Assembly (NCBI GenBank): GCA_951406725.2
Contig: OX597814.1
Location: 109,926,001 to 109,990,000 of the forward strand
Length of the DNA: 64,000 nucleotides
Source: Octopus vulgaris
Lineage: Eukaryota
Direction: 5' to 3'
Below, piece by piece: positions 12,600-24,960 of the stretch (position 1 is its first letter; each line of letters starts with the position of its first letter). Both the position numbers and the translations under genes were made by a program. The notes beneath the pieces are model-generated. The model made no database searches and was not told the DNA's origin. It worked only from the letters and a program-made list of their open reading frames with translations.

Positions 12600-13170
12600 A
12601 GAGAATCATTGAGAAATGATACGGGATACAATTACCTAAGGGTATCGCAAGATGATAGAATAATGGAAAGAGAAATGAGAAAGAATATCTCCAGAGAGTA
12701 CAGGAGAAGAATTCGGAAGGTGCTTGTGACAAAACTGAAAGGAAAGAATATTTTCAAAGCAATGAACACATGGACCATCTCAATATTGAAGTGTTCTGCT
12801 GTAGGGATGAGTTAGAAGAACTGGAAAGCTGTTCACAGCTGTTCAATGTGTATCACCTAAAAGACTTTTCAATGCCAATATGATAGAAGAATGGATAGCA
12901 AAGAATTGAGGAAGCTGAGAAATAACAGGATGGAGCCAGAGATGTTAAGATATCGCGGAAGACAAATGTGATAATTGTTCCTGAGAGTGTCAGTGCCTTG
13001 AGCACAACACTTAAACTGCTCACTCGAAGCTGAGGAATATTGAAAATGAAACCCACATTGGCAACTTGCAGGAAAGTGCCATTCTGTTTTCTGCAAGAAT
13101 CTTCAGAAAGGTTTTTGAAATTTGAGGAAACTTGTTGCCAACTGACCTCAAGGAAACTACCCTACTAACT
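12600..13170 (+). mobile_element. Highly degenerate R4/Dong-type LINE fragment
   Basis: YNYL.V...ISREYRRRIRKVL.TKLKGKNIFKAMNTW, followed by decayed RLE and C-terminal motifs. Confidence 0.6.
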
Positions 13171-13219
13171 AAAGTAGGTTTAGTTTACCCTTTCCTCATT
13201 AATAATGGTTTTAGATTTA

Positions 13220-13450
13220 GGGTGAGCTGGCGGAAACGTTAGCATGCTGGGCAAAATACTTAGCAGTATTTCGTCTGCCGCTACGTTCTGAGTTCAAATT
13301 CCGCCGCGGTTGACTTTGCCTTTCATCCTTTCGGAGTTGATTAAATAAGTACCAGTTATGTACTGGGGTTAATATAATCGACTTAATCCTTTTGTCTGTC
13401 CTTGTTTGTCCCTTCTGTGTTTAGCCCCTTGTGGGTAGTAAAGAAATAGA
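13220..13450 (+). mobile_element. tRNA-derived SINE family A
   Basis: Near-identical to the copies at 40802-41030 and 57830-58064. Confidence 0.85.
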
Positions 13451-13469
13451 TTTAGTTTGTTATGATAAA

Positions 13470-13915
13470 AAACATTGAAGTCTGTTTGAGATTTTTAATG
13501 GAAAAAATATTTATTTTTATCGTAAACAAAAAAGGTTGCTGTTACTATGATTGACAAATAGCAAGACAATTTGAAGCTTATCATTTTTGGTCTCAGTATC
13601 ATAGTAGTTGGTGTTGTGATGTTAGCTGATCATTGTGTGTTACTGTCATCATCCTCCATTCTCTTTGTGGTGTCACTTTGCACTCTGGTCTGCTGCTGGT
13701 TCTGCTACTGTCTGCTGATTGCCATTTCTGTGTCCATCTGCTGTCTTTTGTCCTGTCTGCTGTCTCCCATTTGACGGTAGTGGCTTAAATGCACTGAATA
13801 TATAGTGGTGGTCTTGTTCAGAAAAAGTACACCAAAGATGAAATTGTTATTATGTCCAATTCCATGCAAATTCTTGAATGATCAGATTCTTTTATGACAT
13901 TTGTAATATTCTAGA
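13470..13915. repeat. Unclassified ~400-450-bp segment duplicated at ~32627-33015
   Basis: Shared blocks: gtctgtttgagattttt, actctggtctgctgctggttctgctactgtc, gcactgaatatatag, caccaaagatgaa, tcttgaatg.tcagatt. Confidence 0.7.
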
Positions 13916-14329
13916 AAATTAAAATTGTAATTTTGAGGGGTTTTTTTTTGTTTGTTTTTTGCATTGGATATAGTGATCTGGATTTGATTTTTAAGTTAAA
14001 AATTCCTGCTACAAGGTACAAGACCAGCAATGTTGACAGAAAGGGATTAGCCAATATTATCAGCCTCAGTATCTAATTAGTCCTTTATTTGAATGACCCC
14101 TAAAAGATAAAAAGCCAAGTTGACCTCATTTGGATTTGAACTCAGAATGTAAAGAATTAGAACAAATACTGAGAAACGTTTTTTCTGGCATCCTGAAGAA
14201 TCTACCATTTTGTCAACTCCCTCCTTTTTATGAATGAGAATATAAAATGCAGTTAGCATCTAATTCTTCTTTCTTTGCCTTTGTGTTAATTGTAGAAATT
14301 TTAGAAGTTTAAAAATCATCTTAAAGTTC

Positions 14330-14574
14330 TCATGGTTGTGTAGTAAGAAGTTTGCTTCCCAACCACATGGTTCTGGGTTCAATCTCCCTGTGTGGCACCT
14401 TTGGGCAAGTGTCTTCTATTGTTCTACTATAAACTCAGGCTGACCAAAGACTTGTGGGTAAATTTGGTAGACCGAAACTAAAAGAAGCCCATTGTGTTGT
14501 GTATATATATATATGTATATATATATACACACACACACACACCTTACCATCATCATCATCATATGTATGTATAT

Positions 14575-14640
<66 letters not shown>

Positions 14641-14900
14641 GTATGTACATATGTAGATATATATAAGTGTGTGTGTGTGTGCGTCTTGTATCTATGTTTG
14701 TCCCACTTCACCTCTTGACAACCAGTGTTGGTGTATTTATGTTCCTGTAACTTAGCAGTTCAACAAAAGACTTGGATAGAATAAGTACCAGTTTTTAGAA
14801 AAAAATAAGCCCTGGGGTCGATTCATTTGACTTGAAATTTTCCAAGGCAGTGCCCCAGCATGGACACAGCCTAATGACTAAAAACAAGTAAATGATAAAA
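14330..14900 (+). mobile_element. SINE family B (tRNA-like head, internal (TA)n/(TG)n); further copies at ~20110-20410, 35988-36520, 36748-37125, 42960-43250(-), 47820-48170(-), 53680-53900, 55370-55520(-), 56705-56910(-), 60055-60175(-)
   Basis: Recurrent gtggctgtgtggtaag...gggttcagtcccactg..ccttgggcaagtgtcttc head and ...cagtcaaatgactgaaacaagtaaaag tail. Confidence 0.8.
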
Positions 14901-15453
14901 GATGGCGGCACTTTGTCCCTTCCCTTCTACTTTATTCCCCACAACCCCCAACCTATGAGAAATACTGGCATCAAAATTACCTTAATGAAACCCCTTATTG
15001 TAAATTAATTGCAGAGGTGTGGCATTTGGCCATCACACCAGCAACTCTAAAAAAACTTAGAATGCCTCTATTCATTCCACATAACAGCAAATTCTTCTGC
15101 CTCTCACGTTGCAGTCAAATATTCTGCTTCTTACTAACGAGATCTTTATCATCCCTGCCAGACACAATTATTACATAAACAGCCTCACGCTTCAGTCTTC
15201 CTTTTGATAAACAGTAAACACGTCTTAGACATTCGCTCTTCAAATGAGCAAAGCTTGGCAATTTCTGTTGCTGTTGTTGTTGATGATGATGATGTTTCCA
15301 TCGTTGATGATGGTGTTTCTGTTATTGTTGTTTATTGTTGTTGCTGTGGTCATTGTTCTTGTTGATTTTGTTGTTCATGTTGTTTTCATTGTTGTTGCTC
15401 TCGTTGGTGTTGTTGTTGTCATAGTTTAGTTCTAGCTCAACCGTGGTTGAAAG

Positions 15454-15608
15454 TTCTATTGTGTCTGGGGAGAATCATTTTCTTTTTGTGCCTTATTATG
15501 TAGCACACTCACCGGTAAAAATGTGAAGAAAAACGTGGAAATTTTACCGGTGAGTGTGTTACATAATAAGGCACAAACAGAAAATGACTCTCCCCAGACA
15601 CAATAGAA
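15454..15608. repeat. Fold-back inverted repeat (~67-bp arms, ~20-bp spacer)
   Basis: ttctattgtgtctggggag...cacactcaccggtaaaa pairs with ttttaccggtgagtgtg...ctccccagacacaatagaa. Confidence 0.85.
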
Positions 15609-18125
15609 TATGCTTCAACACATGAACTCATATAAAGAATCTTGCTAACCAAATCCAAAAACGAAACATAGTTGAAAGGATGAACGTCAAAGTAGACTCT
15701 GGTGGGCTTTGAACTCAGAATGCACAAAGCTGAGTCAAACACCACAAATATTTCGCCTGATCCTTTATGATCTTAGTCGATTCACTACCCTAGATTGGCT
15801 GGTACTTTATTTATTAACCCCAGAGGCATGAAAAGCAAAGTTAACCTCCATAGGATTTGAACCTCAAGTGTAGAAACCTAGGAAGAACACTGAAAGATAT
15901 TTTCATCCGATTTTCTATCAACTCTGCCATGTCGATGCAGAGCATTGCTCACTTGTCTGCTGCTGTTATGTCTCCCCCAATGCCCCGTCCCCTCTCAAAG
16001 TTACTTAGTGATCCTGTTAGTGCAGGTGCCACTTAAAAAGCATCCCATCCACACTGTAAAGTGGTTGGCATTTGGAAGGGCATCCAGCTGTAAAGATCAT
16101 GCCAGAACTGATCTCACCTGTGCTGGTGCCATGTACTGGATGGTTGGCGTTAGGAAGGGCATCCAGCCGTAAAACCCCTGCCAAACACAGACACAGAAGC
16201 CTGGTGCAGTCTTCTGCTTGGCTAACTCCTGTCAAACTGTCCTACCCATGCCAGCATGGCAAACGGACATTAAATGATGGTGATGATGATGATGATGATC
16301 AATCTAAAACCTGAAGTTTTTTCTAGACTGAATCTAAGACAAAGAACCATCAGCCTTCCCCTAAAACACAACAAATACTGTTACCTGGATAGGAAGTTTC
16401 CTCTCTCTTTCTATATGCTACCACTACTATAACGATGTCAGCTTCTCCATGTTAATAACCTGACAGTTGTGAACCAATCTCTTTCCTTTCTTTGACTATA
16501 TTTTATCCAGGATGTCCACGCCAGCATTCAGTAAAGTATTTTTCCAGTGAGTGTGTTGTATCATATATTAGAGAAATTACATTTCCAAGTAAAATATAGA
16601 TTGCACATTGTGGTTTTACAATTCTTTCTGGAAATATTTTTCTAAAGATAAAAACGTCTCTCATGAAATGACTCCATTATTTACACGCCAATCTATGCAG
16701 CAGTTCCAGAATTTTCTGAAAATATAAATTAATTATACATGTGCTCATACATCGTCATTGTCATCGTTGTCGTTGTCGTTGGCAGTGTCGCTTAACATCC
16801 ATCTTCCATGCATGCATGGATAGGACAGATGACAGGGGCTGGCCAGGTAGAAAAACTACCATAGGCTACTGTGTCTGTTTTGGCAGGGATGTATGGGTTA
16901 GATGAATATATTAGTAAGGCATTGTTTCACACCCAAAAGCCCTTCCTGTCACTAATTCATACAAAGCATTTCTTATTTCACATGTCTACAAAAGTGCAAA
17001 GCAAGAAGACAGTTTGTCGACAAGGTAGTGTCCTCCAGCTCAACACCAGCAACCTGGTCGTTTGCTGCCTTCATTGGAATCCACTCTTTTGTTAACATTC
17101 AAACTGTGTTTCTGATCTGAGAATAAATTTTGTCTTCTACTCCTACCAGTCTCCAAGACCCTAAAAAGGGTTACAGACACTCCCTTTCATCAATTAAGTT
17201 AATAAAATTTCAGGATATTTTTATAGATTAAATTTATTAAAATATCTCCAAATAATCTGAGTTATTCTCTAATTACAAGAAATCCACAAAATATTTTCTC
17301 ATTTGGCAAAATACACATTTTAGTAAATTCTCTTTCAGTTTTACATTTTTTCAGTTTTATTTTTCCAATTTTTAACACTAGTACATCAATAAAAATAGCT
17401 TTTTATAAAATTTTTGGTGGTGGTGATGGTGGTGCATTACTTTATTTAGAAATAAGGAACTTACGTGAACTTATATTTCATAACTATCATGACTGATATA
17501 TTTTTGCCGTGAGTGATGGTTTGTACGATGATTTAATGCAGTAAAAACCAAAAAAGAAAGGAAAAAAGTAACTCCATGCAATGCAGTTTCCATGCAGCTG
17601 CATGACATCACTTTTTACAGAACCGACTCAACTGCCAATATGTAGCTGCATTCCATTTATGGTGAGATTTTTGCTTTTCTGGAAACATTCTTCATCAGAT
17701 AAATCTCTCATGCAATCTGAATTTTCTGTTCATTGGAATCAAAATTTGCACCATCTCCAGAAATTTTGAGATGCTGAAAAAGGAAAGAAAAACAAAAGAA
17801 GACAAATAACATTGGAGGAAATGCATCCATCATCATCATCATCATCATCGTTTAACGTTCGTTTTCCATACTAGCATGGGTTGGATGGTTCAACTGGGGT
17901 CTGGGAAGCCAGAGGGCTGCGTCAGGCTCCAACCTGATCTGGCAGTGTTTCTACAGCTCGATGCCCTTCCTAATGCCAACCACTCCATGAGTGTAGTGGG
18001 TGCTTTTTACGTGCCACTGGCACAGGTGCCAGGCAAGGCTGGCAATGGCCACGATCGGTTGGTGGTTTTCATTTAATACTAAATGAATAGCACAAGCATA
18101 CACACACACACTCACACAGAGTATA

Positions 18126-18734
18126 TCGGGTCATTCCCAAAAGAATGCAGTTTTTTCGATTGCATGAATGAAGGGTCTTCATCCCTGTAAGATGTTGTTA
18201 TTTGTTTGGTGGGATATGAAGGGTTTAGTCCATTTTGAACTTTTAAACCCAAACCAAACGATAACAAGGGAGATCTACTGCGAACAGTTTGAGCAGCTTA
18301 AGTCAGCACTAGAAGGAAAACGGTCATCTCTGGTTTTAAGACGAAAAGTGTTCTTCCATCTGGATAATGCTTGACCACATACAGCGAAGATGACATTCCA
18401 AAGGCTGGAGCAGTTTGAATGGGAAACAATGCCCCACCCACCATATTCACTGGACATTGCCCCATCTGATTATCATTTATTCCACAAGCTTCAAAATTAT
18501 TTGGATGGAATAAATATGTATTTTGTAGATGAGGTCAGGACAGTACTAGGGGATTATCTTTCATCATGGACAAGTGAATTTTGGAAGAGGGGCTTTGCAA
18601 GTCTACCAGATAGATGGAAGAGCATTGTAAGAAATGAAGGAGTGTATATTTTAGACTAAAAATGAACTTTGTTTATCTTAATTTTGAAAAATAAAAGAAG
18701 TATAAAAATCTGCATTATTTATGGGATGACCCAA
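18126..18734 (+). mobile_element. Internally deleted mariner transposon
   Basis: TA-flanked ~25-bp TIRs (tcgggtcattcccaaaagaatgcag / ctgcattatttatgggatgacccaa). Catalytic-region remnants: KMLLFVWWD, FHLDNA*PH, HPPYSLDIAPSDYHLF. Confidence 0.9.
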
Positions 18735-18989
18735 TACATATACATGCTCATATGCACATACATACACATACATTAAGGTTTACTGTGACCTGTTCATGTG
18801 CTGTCAACCACCTTGATTTCCCTATCAAGATCTGTTATGAATCCCAGGATTCATATGGACAGATCTTATGATGGCTGCTATAGTGTATGAGTGGCTGAGG
18901 TTACAACACAACACCTTGGATGGGATGCCAGTCCTTTGCAGGGTTAACTTTCCATCTATTGCTGGAACTCATTTAAAAAACTAGCATTC

Positions 18990-19300
18990 TGTTGCTTATG
19001 ATAACAAGGGTTCCAGCTGATCCAATCAACAGAACAACAGTCTGCTTGTGAAATTAACATACAAGTGGCTGAGCGCTCCACAGACATGCGTACCCTTAAT
19101 GTAGTTCTCAGGAAGATTCAATGTGACAAGTCTGGCCCTTTTGAATTACAGGTACAGCTCATTTTTGCCAGCTGAGTGGACTGGAGCAATGTGGAATAAA
19201 GTATCTTGCTCAAGGACACAACGCACCACTGGGGATTGAACTCATGCCCTTATGACAGTGAGCCAAATACCTTAATCAGCAAGCCCTATGCCTTCACACT
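18990..19300 (-). mobile_element. tRNA-derived SINE family C (relatives at ~38405-38720 and ~54560-54870, both +)
   Basis: tRNA-like head followed by ttgagcaagatactttattccacattgctccagtccactcagctgg. Confidence 0.6.
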
Positions 19301-19677
19301 CACATTACAAACTGATAGACCAACACTCCAAGCAGTCCTGTTCTCCTTCTCGTCTCAAAGCCTAACCTCCATCAAATTGTAACCGTCTCTGCATTTATCA
19401 GGTTATCCAACCACGGCTTCATCACAACTGACCAAGACACATTCACAAACTACACAGTGCTCTCCTTCCCCAGATCCTGTGGCACCGCAAATCAACTATA
19501 TGGCCAGAACTCCACCAGTTTTAATGCCAACATCCCAGGCAGATGACCAAAGCCATTCTTTTAGGCATGTTCCCTCCACATGCCACCCACAACAAAAACT
19601 CTATGTCCCAAGTCCCCCAAGCAGTTCCCTCATAGCTGTACTGCAGCTATTCAGGCAGAAAACTGGGACTGTGACAA

Positions 19678-19965
19678 GAAATCTCGGTACTACTTAAGAA
19701 GAGTGATCCCGGTGCACGCACTTGTGTACTCGTGCATCCGCACTAGCTAGTCATGACTAGTCGATCCATACTTTGTGTTTTTGTGTTTTATTTACTTTGT
19801 TTAAAAAAATTATTTACTTTGTGTAAAAAAATCATTTATTCTGTGTTTTATTTACTTTGCTAGGTAGTCGTTGTAGGATCGACTAGTCATGACTAGCTAG
19901 CACGGATGCATGAGTACGCGAGTGCGCACACTGGAACCACTCTTCTTAAGTAGTGCCGAAATTTC
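19678..19965. mobile_element. MITE with ~90-bp TIRs
   Basis: gaaatctcggtactacttaagaagagtg...actagctagtcatgactagtcgatcc is inverted at ~19873-19965; AT-rich interior. Confidence 0.8.
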
Positions 19966-19969
19966 AAAG

Positions 19970-21360
19970 CCACCAAAATCAAGTTTAAATCTGTAGAAAA
20001 TAACAGGAACCAACCTACATCTGTCAACTCCCTGGATGTAATAACACTGAAGCTAACCTCAGACCTCTGTGAATCTTATGTAAGACTTAACAACTAATGT
20101 CTCTATATAGATGCAGGTGTGGCTGTGTGGTAAGAAACTTGTTTCCCAACCACATGGTTCTGGGTTCAGTCCCACTGCATGACACATTGAGCAAGTGTCT
20201 TCTTCTATAGCCTTGGGCCAATCAAAGCCTTGTGAGTGAATTTGGTAGACAGAAACTAAAGGAATCCCTTTGTGTATGTGTGTGTGTATGCATGCGTTTT
20301 TGTGTCACTGTTTGTTCTCAACTCTATTTGACAACTGGTGTTGACATGTTTATATCCCTGTAACTTAGCAGTTGAGCAAAAGAGAATGATAGAATAAGTA
20401 TCAGTCTTAAAGAATTATTTAATAACAAATGCTAATAACAATAAGTATTAACAATCTCTCCTTTGATGAAGCAGCTTTTCACATGGATGAGCATAAGTAC
20501 AGCTAGACTCTCATCCATAGACAGTTCAAAAGCACAAAAATATACAACTCACCCATCATAACAACAAAGAACTCACTAGAGAAAGTCATTTTGATTTGGT
20601 TCAATCCACCATGCTACAAAAATGTTATAACCTGCATAACAAATTAGCATCTCTTCTTATTCAATAAACACTTCCACAAATACAACTAAACTTTATGATT
20701 CATCCAGGAGCAGTTATTCCACATCCACTACTTTAACGCAAATCATTTCATTGTATAGCATCAATATTTTTCAAAATAATGCGAAACAAATAGAAGTTTA
20801 CTGTAATTGTTAAAACACTGGGGTGTCTCCCTTGGATAACCAGTGCATAAGTATCTGCATTGTGTATTGTACTATTCCAATGGTAAATCAAACTTCTGTG
20901 CTGTGTCTTACACTTGCTTCTCAGAAAACACATTTAAGAATCTACTATACCAGTATTTTAACTTCTTTCAACAGGATCAAAAAAAAGAAAACAGCTCATT
21001 GTTCTCAAAGCACATCTGGCAAAAGAAAGATACAGGTAAGTCTACTGATATTGTATGGTTTGAGTAGAACAGAGTTCTCTCATACAAAAATTATCGAAAT
21101 GGTGTAATTTATGTTGGGCTGAGAAATATCACATCATAAACACTGCTTTACCAGTAATGTTTAGACATGAAGAGGTGATAACAATTTGTAAACACAGTGG
21201 ACAAGTTTGTATCTTTTCTCCAAGTAATAGATGGAAAACCAATGATGAGCAATATCACATGGTGCTCCATTGCCTTTTGCCTCAACTGTTACGAATGAGT
21301 TTGCTGAAGATAAGATTTATGTCTGAATTCTTGTATCCTAGCATGAAACTATGGTTACAA
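19970..21360 (+). mobile_element. Degenerate Penelope-like element (RT C-terminus, linker, GIY-YIG endonuclease), interrupted by a SINE
   Basis: VNSLDV (~20025), WFNPPCYKNV..NKHF (~20597-20680), SSLFSKHIWQKKDTG..IVW and CNLCWAEKYHI (~20990-21140). Confidence 0.6.
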
Positions 21361-21434
21361 AAATAGACACAAGCACATTTTTGCATGTATATATGTATGT
21401 GTCTATGTCTGTTTATAATGTATATATGTATGTA

Positions 21435-22464
21435 CAGTACTGTGCAAAAGTCTTTGGTTACTTTAAACTAATGTAAATTTCTACTAATTGCCAACTTATA
21501 AGTGAATGTTTCACATCATGTTTTTTAGAGATGAAACATTGGCCCTGTTGGAGTCATTTCCACATCTAACCATTATATTTTGTAGTAGAGGTTCTGAATG
21601 AAAGAAGATGCAAGATGACCACCAAAAATAGCCATGCAAAAGTTTTCAGCCACCTCACATAAACCAATCAAGATACAGTGTTTTAAAACAGAAAAAATGA
21701 CTATAAGGAAAATTTATTACATAATGTTCATTTCAAAAAGTTACTGCACATTGTTAATATTTCGTGTGACTTTCCTTAGCTTGAAAAATTGCTTCAATGC
21801 ACCTGGGAAGAGATGTGTACAAATCCTTCAACATCTTGACAGGTATGAGATGCCATTCTCTGTGGCTGAGCACCCACAACTCTTCAAGATTGTGTGGCTT
21901 CTTCTGACGAATGAATTCTTCTCTGTAGTTCTGTCCACATTTGCTCAATGATATTAAGTCAGGTTTCTGAGCTGGCCAATCTTTCAATATGGTAACACTT
22001 TCATCAGCCAGACTCTGTTGTGTTGCATGCAATCTGTGGCATGGAGCTCCATCATACTGACAAATCTCTCATCTTCATCCAAGTCTGGTATCAAATTGTT
22101 CTTCAACAACTGGGTGTATTTGGCACTATTCAAGTTACTGTAAATTTTAACCAACTTTCTTGAACCATCATTTTTAAAGTATTCCCAAAGCATCAGACTC
22201 TTACCCCCAGACTTCACTGTTTTCATCATGTAATGTGGCTCATTTCACTTTCTAATAAGTGAGAATTTGTCAGAAGGTCTCCGGGAAAGCACATCTTCCC
22301 CTCTCATTCAAAAACCCTTCTACAAGATATAATGGTTAGTTATGGAAATGACTCCAACAGGGCCAATGTTTCATTTGTAAAAAACACGATGTGAAACATT
22401 CACTTATAAGTTAGCAATTAGTAGAAATTTACAATAATTTAAAGTGGCCGAAGACTTTTGCATG
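21435..22464 (-). mobile_element. Tc1-like DNA transposon, internally deleted, with long (~160-bp) TIRs
   Basis: TA|CAGTACTGTGCAAAAGTC TIR with an inverted copy at ~22315-22464. Transposase remnants: TVKSGGKSLMLW, LKDWPAQKPDL, LYTSLPRCIEAIFQAKESHTKY. Confidence 0.9.
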
Positions 22465-22477
22465 TAGCTAGGCATGC

Positions 22478-22510
<33 letters not shown>

Positions 22511-22532
22511 TGTATGTATGTATGTATGTATG

Positions 22533-23300
22533 TCATTATTCAGTTTATTTCAAGATCTCTTGCCAATAGAAAAAGAACCGGTTTCTAGCCTAGATCCAAG
22601 GCTCCTCCATTGGAATTTTAACATCAACAACAGGGTATTTTTGTTTGTATGTATGTACAGATTTATGTGTTTTATGTATGTATTCTCATGCATATAGTTG
22701 CATATATAGACATGCTCATATATATATTTAAATGATAAACTTCTGGAAAGTTTTACAGATTTTTAGAGTTCCAGTGATGGATTGGATCTGTAGTCTTCTA
22801 ATTAATTTTCTCCTTTCTGGTTTTGAGAAGCCTAATTTCTCAAGATTGGTATTTAGGCAGTGTGTTACATATCCCAGGGCCCTAATAATTACAGGCATAA
22901 ACCTGAACTTGTAATCTGGATAGAGTAACTGCAGATTTCTCAATAGTTCAGCGTAGGTATTCTCTTTTTCACTGATCCTCAGCTTTATGTGAAACATCTG
23001 CTGGGCAGCTGATTTCCACAACTATATACAGTTTCTCTTCTCTATCCCAAATCATTATATCAGGTCTGTTGTGCTTACATTTTATTGAGGTCTTCACTGG
23101 GACATCACACCAGTACTCCTTTTTATTATGAGTGGCTATGGCTTCTACCATATTGTGGGTTCTTATTTCTTTGTCCTCAGGATTATCCTTCCAACGGACT
23201 TCATTATAGAGTGTCCTATCGACAACATCATGTCTCATCGGTAGATAATACTGTGATGACATTTTTGGACAACTGCTTATGATGTGCATGATATCTTCAG
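22533..23300 (-). mobile_element. 5'-truncated RLE-type (R4-like) LINE 3' end flanked by (TATG)n
   Basis: HIISSC..RHD..KHNRPDIMIWD..VEISCPAD..EKENTY..PVIIRALG; ~190-bp 3' UTR abutting (TATG)n at 22480-22532. Confidence 0.85.
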
Positions 23301-23328
23301 TGTATGTATTTATGTATGTATATAAATA

Positions 23329-23474
23329 CAAGGGGGTGGGGCTGAAAAGTTCTTGGCTTTGGATAAAAGAAAATACAAGAGGATCAGTTGGTTATGATTT
23401 TATTCAACATATTCCTGTCTCAGACCAGGCCTTTCACAAGACCCTTAAAACCAGGAACTTTTCATCACCCTTCG
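23329..23474. mobile_element. Mariner-derived MITE
   Basis: TA|caagggggtgggctgaaaagttc ... gaacttttcatcacccttcg|TA. Confidence 0.7.
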
Positions 23475-23964
23475 TATATATGTATATAAGCATATATATA
23501 TATATGTATGTATGTATGTATGTATCATCTCTCTATCCTTCCATCTATCTATCTATATACACACACACACAAAAGAAAGAAAGAAAGAAATGGGTGGCTG
23601 GGAATGTGAAAGAAGAAAAAGATCTAAGCTATCTATTCTGTTATTGCATCCAAGAATGGAAAATATGGTTATGGAATCAAGGTACATGTGTCTTTTATTT
23701 AGTAATCAGGCAGTAATTATCTGGCTTTATAAGCAGGCTTTCATTCCGTTGCAAATCTCAAGCATCCTATATTCTCTCTCTCTCTCTCTCTCTCCCTCCC
23801 TCTCTCCTCTCCCTCTCTCCCTTCTTCTCTCCTCTCCCTCTCTCCCTTCCTCCCTCTCTCTCATTATTTCCTTTACCGTTTCTTTTTCTTTCTTTACTTG
23901 AATGCTTTCTCTTCCATAATCTTCTACTAAATTGGCCATCTTTCAAAACAAGGAAGCATTACAG

Positions 23965-24960
23965 ACATGGTGGTGGAGGTGGTGGTGGAGGTGGTGGTGG
24001 TTGTGGTGGTTGATGGGAGTTCCGACTGTGGGGGTGGAATAATTGTTGAGTAATGGGTGGTGGTATTGAAAGTGGTGGCTCTTTGAGGTAAAAGCAGTGG
24101 TAGTGGTGATGATGAAATAGTTGGCGGCAGCAGTGGTAGTAGCCTATGGTGATGATGATAGGGATGGCGGCAATGGTGGTGGGTGGTTGTGTTGGAGCCA
24201 GTGGTAGATAGTAATGGTAACTGTGCGGTTGTACTTTTAGTTAATGACCATTATGGTGGTGGGGAGTGGGGATGGTGTTGGTGGTGTTGGTGGAATTGTT
24301 GAAGTGGTGAACAATTGTGATAAGAATGGTCGGCAGTGGTGCTCATGAAGAAGAGGATGTAGAGGGCGGGTGTAACATAGTTGTGGTGGTGGTAATGGTT
24401 CTGGTGGTGGTGGTGGAAATTGAGATGGGCAGGAATGCTGGTGGGGTGGGGCTAGGTATTAATGGTGAGAGTTTGGTAGTTGCAGTGATAGGAACTGCTG
24501 TAGAAACAGTTCTCTTGGTGGTGATGTGAATGAGGAAGTGGTGGTGGTGAGGATGCCAGTTGTTATGGTAGCAGAGGGAATAATGAACATGACAAATCGA
24601 AGACATGAAGACATATATTTTGCATAAGTTGTACGTGTGAACGTGTGTATGCCCACATGTGTGTGTGTGTATGCATATGTGTGTATGTATGCCTACGTGT
24701 GTGTGTGTGTATGCCTATGTGTGAGCATGTATATGCCTACATGTGTGTGTGTGTGTGTGTATGCCTACGTGTGTGTGTGTGTATGCCTACGTGTGAGTGT
24801 GTGTATGCCTATGTGTGAGTGTGTGTATGCCTATGTGTGAGCATATATATGCCTACATGTGTGTGTGTATATATGCCTACGTGTGTGTGTGTGTATGCCT
24901 ACGTTTGAGCATGTGTATACACAAGTGTGAATGTGTGTATGCATACGTGTGAGTGTGTGT
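23965..24960. repeat. GGT-rich low-complexity tract followed by a (GT)n/ATGCCTAC minisatellite
   Basis: Read directly from the sequence. Confidence 0.8.

Noticed and set aside
17670-17702. CTGATGA...GAAA on the minus strand
   Set aside because: No stem III, cleavage triplet or stem I pairing.
21030-21042. Strong splice donor CAG|GTAAGT suggesting a host exon
   Set aside because: It lies inside the Penelope GIY-YIG remnant (SKHIWQKKDTGKS).
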